From Glycera tridactyla (lineage: Eukaryota), in the NCBI GenBank assembly GCA_965644265.1, contig OZ286462.1:22072001-22136000 (forward strand): 64,000 nucleotides of DNA. Reading direction: 5' to 3'. Position numbers and translations under genes: made by a program. Below are positions 39,090 to 52,490 of the stretch, piece by piece (the first letter of the stretch is position 1; every line of letters begins with the position of its first letter). The notes beneath the pieces are model-generated. The model saw only the letters and a program-made list of their open reading frames with translations. It searched no databases and was not told the DNA's origin.

Positions 39090-39560
39090 CTTGTTCTAAA
39101 ACACTCTCATAACCACTCCACTTTTGAACTTGTTCTTCAGGGGAGTGTCTCAGATGTCTCATGGTCAGGTTGTTCTAACACGATCTTTGTGCGAGTTGAC
39201 AAGCAAATTCATGTATGCTCCTCGTGTAATTGGGGAACTGGATATCTGCTGGCCGAGTTCCCTAGCCGACTTTGATCAGAATACACGGTGAAGGATCTTG
39301 TATGGAATCATGGAATTTTTGAAACCATGCCGATACCCTTATCATTATGCTTCCAAGAGCGTCGCGAATGACTCAAGCTTGTCTGTTCATATGAAATCTT
39401 GTGAGCGCCGTATTGTCTATATTGAGACGCCGATGCAATAACCATGGTTGGGTACTTTCGAGATTCCCCATTCTTGGTATCCAACAAAGGATGAAATTCT
39501 GCTGTGACTCAAGCTTTGACAAGACTCAGCAGGTACGTATTTGTCCAGTAGGGAGAATTT
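39090..39560 (-). mobile_element. Possible LINE ORF2 3' remnant
   Basis: Frame-broken similarity to the C-terminal pattern (..FQKFH..TR..NNL..FK). Confidence 0.3.
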
Positions 39561-40018
39561 GGAAAAAAAAATGTGATTGTGTGAAAGATGGCTGATCAAG
39601 AGAAAGAACTTAATTTCATGCTACGTTCTTGCATAGGTGAAAATTACAACTGAGATATACAAAAGCATAATCTAGCGGCCAACGACTTGATGGTTGTGGT
39701 GTCTTTATCGATGGATTCGATGATGGAATTGCTAAGCTCTGTACTACTATCTTCATCTTATCTTCATCATTGCTGCTAGATACCGTCTCAAGTGTGGGGA
39801 TTAGCAGGGATGTATCATGCAGGATTTGTAAGAGAGTTATCGCAGCATGACTGTCTCACCAGGCAAGTGAGTCAGTCATAAAACATTGAGATGATAAACT
39901 CTTTAATATTGGTGCCTTGATGCTATAAATTCAAAGATAAATGGGTCGACCCCCGTCCAAGCAATGCCCATTCAAGAGAAACATTCAAATTCTACTATAC
40001 TTAATGATGATTATGATG

Positions 40019-40313
40019 CATAGTGCCATTGTATTCAGACAAGCACCTGCATCGAGCGATATATATAGACCTCTTTCAGGAGCAGCTTTTGTGGCATTAA
40101 TCAACGCCATGACAGCAACACAGAACGCAGGTGTATACACTGAATCACTTTGTATGGCCAAATTGTATGCACGTCCAGGTTTTTTGTCCATCACAGAAAT
40201 CATTGGCAGATATCCAAAATTTGGGGAAGCAGATCAGTTTTCATTCACCGTGGGTCGCACAATCGAGTGAATCTGAGAGTTGACTTTGCGCTTTTTTACA
40301 CCTTCATTGTGAT
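40019..40313 (+). repeat. ~295-bp interspersed repeat, copy 1
   Basis: Reverse-complement match to 49387-49682, including gacaagcacctgcatc and tatagacctctttcaggagc..gcttttgtggcatt. Confidence 0.9.
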
Positions 40314-40826
40314 AGATTAGTGGTATCTGCAACCTTGAAAAAATTGAAACCGAATCGAATATGATCGTATTGTACACCTGGGAAGCAAATGAATGTCTTA
40401 TGTATGAAATGTGACATTTTAGCGAAGGTACCCATCCTGCGTTGTCTCAGAAATGATATCCCATATTCAGCAATGTCCGACTACTTGTGCAATGACCAAC
40501 GTGAAGTGGTATCGACATGACCACCTGTCTGACGTCATCATCCTAGTCGAAACAGAAATGATGATGGATCGAAGTGATGATAGATCGACAACATTCCGGA
40601 TGGGTTTCCTACTTATCTTGTATGCATATTGCATGGACCAGAAGTGGCGATCACTCAAGTTGAAGTTGATATCGGTGCTGGAAATTCGTTTCCTGACACT
40701 TATAGGCTTGTTAATGGGCTTGTCCATATGTGTGTGATTACGTTATAGATGAGAAATGTCGAGGCTAATGCTATAATCCATCCAAGAGTGGGTAAGCTGC
40801 TATCGTCATCATCAAAGTATAATGAC

Positions 40827-41020
40827 NNNNNNNNNNNNNNNNNNNNNNNNNNNNNNNNNNNNNNNNNNNNNNNNNNNNNNNNNNNNNNNNNNNNNNNNNN
40901 NNNNNNNNNNNNNNNNNNNNNNNNNNNNNNNNNNNNNNNNNNNNNNNNNNNNNNNNNNNNNNNNNNNNNNNNNNNNNNNNNNNNNNNNNNNNNNNNNNNN
41001 NNNNNNNNNNNNNNNNNNNN
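40827..41020. other. Assembly gap
   Basis: N run. Confidence 1.
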
Positions 41021-41782
41021 GCTGGAGTAGTGGTCGGGAGCAATGGCTTGGGCATTTGACACATTTCATCGACCTGTTGCCCTTGTATCTATGTCACTGA
41101 CCTGAAATTGATCAAGAAAGTGTGTGTGTGTGGGGGGGCAGACGAGGTGACAAGATGATGGGGAACCTGAAAGGATGACGAGTGGAAGTAGCTGACAATT
41201 CAGACACACCTCTACCTACTCTGCATATACATAAATATACCTATGATGGCATATCTAACTATGTACCTGGCTGGAATCTGACAGTCAGGCCTGATAGCAA
41301 TGCTTTTTTTTTGTGCAAAGCGCAGCTCTTAAAACACGGACACGGAAAAGCATTAGGTTGGATAATCAAAAATGGAAAATATACTCGTCAGGTGCGGACT
41401 TCACGTTCAGTTGTGTACGTGTGAGAGTTAATATACACAGATGAAGCTTATTCGGAGTAGGCTTTTGGGATGAAAAGGAGGGGCCATACGTTCTGTGTGG
41501 TTGAATGCCAAGCTCTCTAGGAGCACCACTTAATGACACCATCGTTGTCATCGACACAGAGAGTATAGAGAGGATGACGGAGAGCCTCAGTATTCAACAA
41601 GACCATTGATATTGATTCAGGAATCCAGTATTGTACCCTGCGGAACTCCAGCCGCTAGATGTCGATAGAAAAGCATTCGAGTCTACCTCAGTGTGGCTAT
41701 AAACTCGCTATCCGTGGTGGCTTAGTGCAATCTTGTGTTGTATCGTGGTACACACAGTTTCTATAATTGGTAACAGACCTAC

Positions 41783-41869
41783 CTGGTTCGGATGCTGATA
41801 TTTGTCCCTGTGTAATCCCCCTCACCTTCACCGGGTATTTTTCAAATGACCACGCTCCGCATTTCCCCC
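41783..41869 (-). CDS. Weak candidate exon (87 nt, phase 1 to 1): GKCGAWSFEKYPVKVRGITQGQISASEP
   Basis: Good donor CAG/gtaggt but a pyrimidine-poor acceptor. Confidence 0.2.
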
Positions 41870-42091
41870 CTACATCGAATCGACAGCATTTGAATGAAAG
41901 TATTTTGATCATGAAAATCGAATGCCCCCATTCTGGTCCAATGAGACAAGATGTACCTTGATAATTGATCAACGTATCCATTGATAGGGCTCGAATAAAT
42001 AGTATACTGATATCTCGTTCGTAACTACACTGACTATAATCAACACTGTTGTAGTTGCCATTTGAAAAGACACTATTCGTACTTATCTTAC

Positions 42092-42150
42092 GAAATGTCT
42101 CCCATGGAGGAGCAATCTCGCCACAGACGATTCTATCGTCATCGCTCTAG
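42092..42150 (-). CDS. Candidate exon (59 nt, phase 1 to 0): RAMTIESSVARLLLHGRHF
   Basis: Acceptor actttgaatttgtag and donor TTC/gtaaga; one open frame; phase-compatible with the 23483 exon. Confidence 0.3.
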
Positions 42151-45100
42151 CTACAAATTCAAAGTACAAGACTTTCGATCTGGTGTAGATATATGAGATA
42201 GTATTGATCCATAACACCTCATAGACACAACCCCATTGAACAATATAGTAATGACATCCTGGGTGTCTGTGAATTTCTTAAATTGGAAACCCAACAGCAG
42301 GAGTATTGAACGATCCCACACATGTCCGTGCATGGGTTTGACAAAAGAGCACATAGGGAGCTGACTTTAAGTGAGAGCAGACCTATCTAACCATATAATG
42401 ATGTTCTGATTTATCGGAGACATGAAAGAAAGAAGATGGGGTCATTGGTTATAGTTAATAAGTCAATCTTGAAGAGGCTGACACCAAATACTCTTAGGTG
42501 ACCTCAATACGCATGGGATAGAGTCAAGCTCAAATCATCTCACGTAGTGGGAGGCCCCCGGCAGCGGTGCCTCTCTTTTCAACATTTTCGGTTTTTCTAG
42601 TTCGACATAACCCAAGGGGGTTGAAGAGAATGGATCATCTCAGTTTTAGCCACCCTCTTTCTGAATACTTGTACTGATTGGCCCACATAGGGAGACCACC
42701 TGCAAGATGCTACGCAAGTGCAAACTAGGCAGCTTATCATATTCATTCGTGAGAGGTATAATAAATATAGCACATGTAATGCTGATGCGATGACGACCAA
42801 CACACATATATAGACAGGCAAACATTAATTATACGAGGCCAGACCTGTGCCATACACAGGTGTATCATGGTGGTTTCCCATGTGGTGATGAACCATGAGT
42901 ATATCTGCCTACAGATGCTGCACTGAGCTGCAACCCTGACAGTATTTTCTGCAGTGATTGATCTCTCTTTGTCAGTACTAAACAGTCTTGAAAGATGAGA
43001 GCTTCAGATTTTTGATGGGCCCGGGCTCTTTGCCCCCATTTTGCCTTTTCTGCCAATTGATATAAAATGGAACCTGTATTGAGCAAAAATTATTGACAAA
43101 TTGGAAATGGCTCATTAATATTCTGAGTGATGACCCATTTTATTTTTAATTCATGGGCCATATGGGCACACAAACCCGTCAGAAAATATGACAGTCAGTG
43201 TTGAATAGGATTGACAGGGAATGCTAATCATCTCATTGAAGTTATGAACTTGTGTTTTATCATATTGAGCTGTGTGCTGAATATAGCATGTCTTACAGTG
43301 AAAGACAAACCCAGCCTGAAAACCAGCAAGGAAGATGCTACAATCACATTGTGGCAGTTTTGTATTTACCTTGCTGAAATAGTGAATTTCTTTTGAGATG
43401 CATGCTGTTCAAAAAAGAATTGGCTCATGCACTGTCTCGTGCTCTAAAACTAATGAATATCCATTTGCCTTGCCAAAATAGTGACAACCGATGATTTCTG
43501 CTGAAAACTGCCTCTTCATTTGTGTGGCTTTACAGAAACACTGAAGGTCATTGTGGCCTACTTACCCCGCTCTAGAAAACAATGTAACAATGTCAGTGCA
43601 TCACCTGGTTACCATGGTGCTTGTCTGTGAGGTGACAATGAGTGACCAAGTTACCATGGCACTCCTTCTGTTCCAGGAGAAGACAATGTAACACTGAGTG
43701 TACGGTCCCTCAGCTGCCCTTCACTACTGTGTGAGAGCACTGCTCCATCACTGTACATTCTCACTGCCATTTCTCTGATCGACTCTCCCAAAGTTGATGA
43801 ATTTCACAGGATATTGTCAAAATGAGGAATTTTAACATCAGTTGTGCAGAGGATGGGATAGACAAAAACTACTTCAATAGGTAACTGTCCTTTATGAAAT
43901 GGTGCAACCACTGTGACAACATTTATTCACCGGAATGTCCCCATCCGAATATATAGATGAGACCTTTTTATATAGAGACGTTTTGGCGACTTGAAATCGT
44001 CTCTCTGGACACCCATAAGCTAATATGACCGATCGAATCTCTTCCTCTTGCAGGGGAAGACCCAAGTCAAACTTCAATACTGTGTTCTCATACGCGACTT
44101 CACTCACGAAGCAGTTCTGTTACAGCGCCGGGAGCCACTACAATATATGTTTCCGGCTAGTGGCAAATAGCTGGCAGTTTTCGCCCCCCCCCCCCCCCCT
44201 TCTTCACAGAATTGCTGGCTGGAGGAAATGACTACATCCCAAAGATGACCAATTGATATACAATCAAACTTGTCTTGAACATGAAGCTTAGTACAGGTCA
44301 ATTATAGTGGGAAATACCCAGATGGGGATGACCAAAAACCTGTTGCTCTGGACAAGTTTGACTGTACACCATTTGTCTCTCTGTTCATGTTCAATTACAT
44401 TCAAAGGAATCCAATCTGACGAATATGTTCCAACAAACTTCAGCTCTGTTGCATCAGAAGTATATACCATTACACGCTTCTGAGCTGCTTCTAAACTAAC
44501 TAATGGATATTTCTATGTAAAGTGTCAGTGTCAGGTTGATGTAAACACATGGTACTTGAGACTGGTCTGCTCCCTGGTGATGAAACGATTGCTATTTCTT
44601 GCAACTTAGTTAGACGGTATCAGTCCAACATTGATAGTTGGGATCATATGAAACAGGTCTGTTACAAAGGTTCACGTTCGCGTACATTGAGTGATCGCAC
44701 CTTCTAAAGATATACAATACCAGCCTTGAAATATTCCCACACATCAGTGGTTTAGCTGATGTTCTATATTGTTCATAAGGCTTCATAAATCTTTATTGTA
44801 GGAGTGCATCGATAAAACACATACCTTCCCCTTGCAAATACCTATCCCCTTCTTACAAATTCATCTGGCAGAGACTACAAACCTGGGAAAGTCACATTAA
44901 ATGTGTAGCTATAACAGACATATACTATATGTATATAAAACAACATAGATTTTTAGATATACAGTATACATTCGTAACATCAAGGAACCTAATAACAGTG
45001 AAGAATATGCATAAAATTGGGATGCTAGCCTTGATGTGGGTGCCGTTCTTCTGACACCCCGACGTACACCAGCGATGTCCAGCCTTGGTGTCCATCCATC

Positions 45101-45210
45101 TGATGGTAAAACGGGCCACTAGCAGTGAGCGGTTTATATCGTTAAGTGGCGATGCCGGCAGCTGCCGACAGCAGTACGGAGTCTCATCACGAAATGTTTC
45201 TCTCGATACA

Positions 45211-45369
45211 ATCATTATTATTATTATTATTACTATCATTATTATTATCATTATCATTATTTTTATTATTATTATCATTATTTTCACTATCATCATTATC
45301 ATTATCATTACTATAATTATTCTCATCATCATTATGAGAGTAGTAGTAGTAGTAGTATTCGTAGTATTC

Positions 45370-45421
<52 letters not shown>

Positions 45422-45475
45422 GGTGGTGGTGGTGGTGGTAGCAGTGGTGGTAGTACTATTCTTATTATCATCATT
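45211..45475. repeat. Compound trinucleotide microsatellite (ATT/ATC)n-(GTA)n-(GTG)n
   Basis: Direct inspection; explains the poly-I, poly-V and poly-Y ORFs. Confidence 0.95.
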
Positions 45476-45834
45476 ATGATTATTCTGATTACCATCATGT
45501 TTGTTTGTTTGTTGGGGGTTTAACATCACGTCAGCTCCATCAGTGCTATATCGTGACGCCCATGCAATGAGCACGGGTGGGGCCATATGAGTACCCTCCT
45601 TCTGGCCCCTGACAGAAGGCGATATTCATGAAATTCACAGACACTCAAGGTGTTATTTTTGTTTTTCAAAACGTTGACCTCGGACTTACCATTTGAAGAT
45701 GAGATTCATTCACATAGCTTCGACTAGGCCAGTCATTTCTGGCCACTGTGTCACACAGATCACTGGCCTCCCCTTGGCCGGAAGTTATTATCATGATTAT
45801 CACCATTAGTGTCAGTATTTTGTGTCATTGGTAT

Positions 45835-45975
45835 CATCAGTGTTCATATAATCATTCTTGATAATGAGGATATTAATGATGATAATAATGATATCATCAT
45901 CAATATTAACAATAACATCATTATCATTATTATTATCATTATCGTCATAATCGTTCTTATCATTGATGGTGGTGG
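45835..45975. repeat. Degenerate (ATC/AAT)n microsatellite
   Basis: Direct inspection. Confidence 0.85.
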
Positions 45976-46479
45976 TGATTCTGTTGCGGTTCTGAGAATT
46001 TCATTTGCTTCAAAGTTAGGAGATTTTTCCATCCATTCCTTGCCTGTTCCAAGTACGTAATTGAGATGTTATTAGCGGTGAAAATATTTCAATATAGTGC
46101 AGGTTGTCAAGTAAGCACTGCCTGGTAATCACAATTGACTTCCGTCCATTCGGGAAATCCCGTCAAGCCTGAGGCAATTTCCTATTCTTGGCCCTGATGC
46201 CCTTTCACCACGTTACCATGCCATCATCCCGGAAATGGCGCAGCAAATCTGCACTACTTGAGAGGAATATTGCGTTCAGAGCACTCCCTGGACTGATATG
46301 AATCATACATATCCACCAAATGAATCGGAAACATCTTTCATGGTTTGTGTCATTTGTATTCATCTTAGTCATTGAGTGCATGATTGGTGAAGTATGCAGT
46401 GAATTTGTGACAAATATCCTCATAGTTACCATTTTTCATGAGAGTGGGATTATATCCTGCTGGCTTGCACCTTACGTCA

Positions 46480-47712
46480 TCAATATCATATCATATCATA
46501 TCATATTGTATTGTATCGTATAACATCACGTCACAATACATCCTATTACAGGGTGTCATCTCTCATTCATTGACGAGTTTTATCACACTTCCTCTTCACA
46601 TCACTCGTACTACACTCGAACATACCACGCCCCATCGCGACACATCACAAAACACATCACATTACATTGAACTACACGACACTACACTACACCACCATGA
46701 ATCACACTACATCACACCACACCACTCAAGTGCTCACCACACCCCATGACAGCTCACCCTATCATGATGTACAACGAAGTACCTTACAACCTCTCACAAC
46801 ACCACACCAAACCACACCACACATATACCAAACTAGAAGAGGCAACATTTCACCACATGGTGCGATTCCACACTACCCCATACCACACCACACCACTTCA
46901 CGTCACACCTAACTACACCACAACTGACTAAACCACGACGTGCAACATGACACCACACTTTCCCTCACCACATCACGCCGGACCATACCAAAGCATATCA
47001 CAACATATTGTTCGTACGAAGCGAAATAAAGTATTATATCATATCATATCATACCAACTACATCACACCACATTTATCTACACTGCATCACACTACACCA
47101 CACCACTTCATACCACACCACACACCACCAAGCCCGTATCACATAACGCCACACCCATCACATTATACCACACAATTGTACACCCAACACACTACACGAG
47201 ACAAGACCTAACTTCACCAAATCATGCAACTCACACCAACCACACCCCATCACACTATTATATACTACATCAACTCAGACTACACCACAGCACATCATAC
47301 AACACGATATCATACCACATGACACCACACTACACGACTTTATACCACACCATGCTACACCCGACGCACAGCAGCACACAAAACCTCAATACCCCAGATC
47401 AAGCAACACCTCTCATCACACCACACGAAACCACACTACAGCTGACCACCCCGCAAAATGCAATCTAATACCACACTTCCCCTCACCACAACACAACACA
47501 CCAAGCAACACCACATGGCACCAAGCACACCACACTACATCACAACACATCAATCACACCAAGACACACAACATCACACCATCGCATACCACATTACCAC
47601 ACACCACCGTACACCACACTACATCACATCACATGACACCACAGTACATTTCACTTCCTTTCACTTCACTTTATTTCACTCCACCACATTTTACTTTACT
47701 ACACTTCATACA
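46480..47712. repeat. ~1.2-kb degenerate pentanucleotide tract (CACAC/CACAT/CATAT/CACTA)
   Basis: Sustained 5-bp periodicity and a strongly C/A-rich plus strand; explains the H/T-rich ORFs. Confidence 0.9.
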
Positions 47713-48279
47713 TAATAAGATATTGTATGCGTTATCAGATAAGAGCACACCCGTGATGCATCATTCGTCCTACATCCTATTCTAGCCTGTGATGTGAATG
47801 GCCGTGATTATTACCTAGATATTCATACAAGGTAATACGCCTGGCTAGGCAATTTGTGTTCATTAGTCATCTCAATTCTCCGCAAAGTAGAATCATCATT
47901 GCTCCCCTAAGGCAGATTCCTGCGATGGCGTTTACATTATCCAAAAGCAATTTGCTATACACAGCATCCCATCATACTTGCGATAATTGGATTCAATGCT
48001 CTCATTGTATGATGATCTCAATGAATATGAAATCATGCAAATAGTGCATTTTGGACCCTACGTCTCGGCAATCGTATTCTCAGCTAGATATGAATGAATC
48101 GGTATCAGCTACCCAGTAAAACTAAACTTTACTCCACAGTTGATTCACCAGCATTAGAATTTGTTCTATTTGATCGAGGGATTTCGGTGGCATTGAAAAA
48201 GACTGAACCGTTGGAGGCCAGACTCATAAATGACCTATGATGAACGTCCTGAATATGGACTTCGTCCGGCAGAATTCTG

Positions 48280-48800
48280 TGGTGATTTAAATGAAAATCT
48301 TATATGAAAAAGCATATCCCATATTACTTCGGCCTCCTTAACTCATGAAAAACATACTGCCCAGAACAACATGGATTTATCAACATGCCCCAGCCTGCTA
48401 CAATTTTGACTACTGCCAGTAGTACAGACACACCTATAAGGAACAAACAGTAACAGTTTCGGTACCGAAGACAGAAGAGAATGTATCCAGGTAATGATGA
48501 AAATCGGAATGTGTGCAAACAGTACAGCCCCGCGAGTCATGGATAGGCTCTACTTGTGACTTTGGCTCGAACTGAAATATGGTAGGGCTATTTGCATATC
48601 AACAAATTGTAGCTAGAATTGGTACATACATGGAGGATAGAGATGCTAAGGGAGTCGTGAATCGGTGAGTTGATCCAGGAAGGATGACAGGGGATGTGCT
48701 AAACTATACCATCCAAGACAGCTGAAGAATCCATGAGGTTCCAGCGATTCCTAGTTAGTTGTCTTGGATATGTGACTTGTATTCTAAAAGATGTTCCCAA
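48280..48800 (+). mobile_element. Decayed LINE reverse transcriptase fragment
   Basis: gcccagaacaacatggattt encodes PEQHGF; later TYMEDRDAKGVVNR resembles FL.DR.QRVVVNG, followed by a GVP-like segment. Confidence 0.55.
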
Positions 48801-49386
48801 CAAGAGCGCGAAATGTGAAACATAACCATGCTGTTTTTGAGGCGATCATCAAGACCGAGGTGTGAACAAAAATATGAACATGCTGAGTCATGTTTATATT
48901 CAAGGTTTGTGAATCCGTATAGTTTTCCTTCAAACGCTGTTTTCTATTTTATCTCTACCCGAGTCAGTTGTATGATACTGATGGCATGTACAATACGCTT
49001 TTTCGAAGAGTGTCAACATCTGCCTTGAAATCATTCGCTCCTTTGTCTGTCTTGCTACTATGCCATCATCGTGAGCTAATTTCACCACAACCTCAATGGG
49101 TGGGGCTGGCTTATGCCGAACTGTATCTTGATGAATAAGATGTAAATGTGATACTGCTCTCTCTCTTTCTGCATCGGGATGCCTTGCATCAGGATGGGAA
49201 CCTCCACTTATATGTCTCATTTGAGACTTTGAACATTAATTTGCTTTCTTCGTATACAATACGATCATATGAGATTTGGTTTCAATTATTTCGATTTTCC
49301 AGATACCACCACTTGGCAGCTATCAATGTTCCCGAACTGAAATGTCGCTAGGCAGCCAATTTCGAGGATCAGAATCTCGATGTTCA

Positions 49387-49682
49387 ATCACGAGGAAGGT
49401 GTGAGTGAATGCAAAGTCACCTCAGATTCACTCAATCGTGTGACCCATTATGGACGGAAACTGACCCGTTTCTTTGATATCTGCCAATGATTTCTGTGGT
49501 GGACAAAAACCTGGACATGCATATGATTTGAGCATACAAAGTGATTCATTTGCGAGACCGAAGTGTATACACCTGGGTTCTGTGTTGCTGTCATGGCATT
49601 AATCAATGCCACAAAAGCAGCTCCTGAAAGAGGTCTATATATCGCCTGATGCAGGTGCTTGTCTGCATACAATGGCGCTATG
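49387..49682 (-). repeat. ~295-bp interspersed repeat, copy 2 (inverted relative to 40019-40313)
   Basis: See copy 1. Confidence 0.9.
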
Positions 49683-49810
49683 TGAGAAGACTCACGAATA
49701 TATATGGCAGATATATTATGAAGTCAGATGACATGCATGATATGAATGATGGTGAAAGCAGCATGGTCACCCATCGTTCTACTAATATAAAACGAGCAAT
49801 TTCATGTCCT

Positions 49811-49939
49811 NNNNNNNNNNNNNNNNNNNNNNNNNNNNNNNNNNNNNNNNNNNNNNNNNNNNNNNNNNNNNNNNNNNNNNNNNNNNNNNNNNNNNNNNNN
49901 NNNNNNNNNNNNNNNNNNNNNNNNNNNNNNNNNNNNNNN
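49811..49939. other. Assembly gap
   Basis: N run. Confidence 1.
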
Positions 49940-50763
49940 ACCTTGACTGTGACAAGCATTGCTGGGAAGGAGGTTGAATCATAGATTCTCAAAGTCAGAG
50001 CGTAGCTACACTCAAGGCACTAATATCGAAGAGTTTATCATCTTGTTGTTTCATGAATAATTCACATGCTTCATCGGAATAGAATGCAGTGATTACTCTC
50101 TTACACATCCTGTGTGATAAATCCCTCCTTATCCACACACTTAAATGGCATGACACTCTCAGGCTTGAAGGGGTGGGAATGATGGGAATATGAGAATAGC
50201 TATTTGCAAGGAGCTTCGCAATTTGATCAGACGTTGATATTATCAACACCACAACAAACATGACATTAACCGCTACATTTTATTCTTCAGGTATGAAGTG
50301 ATGATTCATCAACAGTTTGTTTAATTTATGTATCTTAGTAATGATTTCAAGTTTCTTCAGGGAATCCATGATTTCATCGGAAAAAGTAGTGTGAACTTCC
50401 GTTGTCTTGATATGGAGGTCATCACGTTGACGAAAGATGTCTCATCATATATCTCACGAAAGTTCTACAGATCTAATCGAGAATGACAGATCTGAGGTAT
50501 GATACCTGTTCAGCTCTCCCACACTCCCCTGATAAGCAGCTTGTGATGGAGTGACAGAGGCTTAAAGAAGCAATGCAGTCACAACGGAAATTCAGTCCAC
50601 GCATTAATCGATCCCGAAGGCACTAATTACCTTGAGCTACTAGACGGTGTTGAAGGGGATTTGAACATAAATCTTTAAAAAATCAGAATTGAATATGCAT
50701 GGTGAGGACCGGCCTCTTTCCGACCAAGGACAGTGAGCCAGGTTGATGGGCGATATAAATACG

Positions 50764-50852
<89 letters not shown>
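50764..50852. repeat. Perfect (ATC)n microsatellite, about 30 units
   Basis: Direct inspection; gives the poly-M and poly-S ORFs. Confidence 0.98.
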
Positions 50853-50899
50853 TCAAACAATCGGCCTCTGTGAATGGGGTACCATTATAGATAGGTCAT

Positions 50900-51200
50900 T
50901 CACTGGTGAAAATACTATAATGGTTGCAGCTCAGGGTGGCGTTTGTTGGGATGCTGCCTTTTTAGAGAGTCGGTTGCTTAGTTTTGATTTGCGTCATGTC
51001 AGTGCCATATGTGCTGCATCGTAACACCCGTGAAATAAGCAGGCATGGGGGCAATCAAGACTCCTCCTCCTTCTCCTGGGTTCCCAACAAATGAACATTC
51101 ATGAAATTTGCATATGAAGAGGTGGTCTCTCCAGCAGGTTAGACAGTATTCTGAAGATGGAGATATGTACGCTGTGGTGACCGCTTTGGGATTCAATGAC
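50900..51200 (-). mobile_element. Decayed LINE endonuclease (APE) fragment
   Basis: CLTCWRD..GEGGGVLIA resembles the TETWL..GGGVLIA region of the LINE APE domain. Confidence 0.5.
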
Positions 51201-52369
51201 ATATCCTGAGAGAGAACTCGATGTATTCTTCAACCCAAAGTGGTTCACAAAACCCCTCTCAACCCTAACCGAATGATGGATCGTTGATAACATGTAACCG
51301 GATAATTCCTTTCTTGGTGTCGAGCGCGATATCGCTGATAGAGTTCTGGTCATGTTGTGTGAATGCATCAAGCTAACGGCCACCAAGTTGGCACCATCAT
51401 CTACTTATTAGTGCAATATGTCGTGTTCGGAATGAATTATGTGCCGCTCTGGAATTGAAATCATTACAACCTGCCATGTGTTCATTCATCACATGAGCAT
51501 CCCATCTTTGAGCTAGAATTATATCTCGCTAGTTGTGAGAGACTCAATGCGATGCCAATTGATTTAGCGAGGGATTCACGGACCTGAGCATTCATGAATA
51601 TGATTGCTTTTCGAATGTGTGCTAATCTACCAACCAAATCCACCATCCCATTATCAACCATTCAAACCTCCTGTATGCCAAATGGTCCAGTAAGGCTCTA
51701 TCTGATTCAGACGAGATATCTACTTTCACTGAAAAATCTCCCAATCCACAGTGTATGTTTATTGTCACCAATATGCACGCCCGAATCTTTTTAATTGTAT
51801 GTTTTTGTGTATCGGTTATTTTTATTCTTCACACTCTCATGGACAGCATGTATTCCTGGGACGTCTTTCCACGATAGGCTGTTTAAGTCTTGAAACAAAT
51901 CGGGTTCAAATCAATAGTAGTTCTGTGATTGCTTCACAAGTCTGGCCGAGACGTAAATCACTGCATCGATAGGCTGGGAGTTGCATCGTATGTTTGTCGG
52001 GGTGGGGGTGTTTCCTCCTAACATAGCAAGTATTGAGGAACAGTCCAACAAACTGAGCGAATCATACTTATGCGAAATCCTGGACGGATCGACCACTCGA
52101 TATGATATAGGATTTGACGTTCTTTCAATTATCAATGACTTTGAAGATCCTGCACAAGCAGCATTCGATCAAATACAAATGCGATCAAAGATTGATCTAC
52201 ACAAACCGTCGTTGTAATCAAATACTGTCCACACGGAACCTTTGGATGAGAGATTTGACACCCATGACAGGCAAGATGAAGAGCTTGGCGAAATCAAAGG
52301 GAAACGATCAACGGATATTATAACCATTAATGGAACCACTATATGCACATTATGACAAACACACATATC

Positions 52370-52490
52370 ATAAGTGAACGATCTCTTCATAAGGGGTGCT
52401 TTCTTGTGGAATGTGCTCGATCAAGATACACGAGCAGCGTCATCTATAGGGAGTTTTCAGAGCAAGCTAACGAAAGATGTCGCCTTCTCC
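52370..52490 (+). mobile_element. LINE ORF2 extreme C-terminus
   Basis: FIRGAFLWNVLDQDTRAASSIGSFQSKL matches F.YRGA.LWN.L...R...S..FK..L. Confidence 0.6.

Noticed and set aside
44925-47715. Poly-I, poly-V, poly-P/Y and H/T-rich ORFs
   Set aside because: They are products of tri- and pentanucleotide microsatellites.
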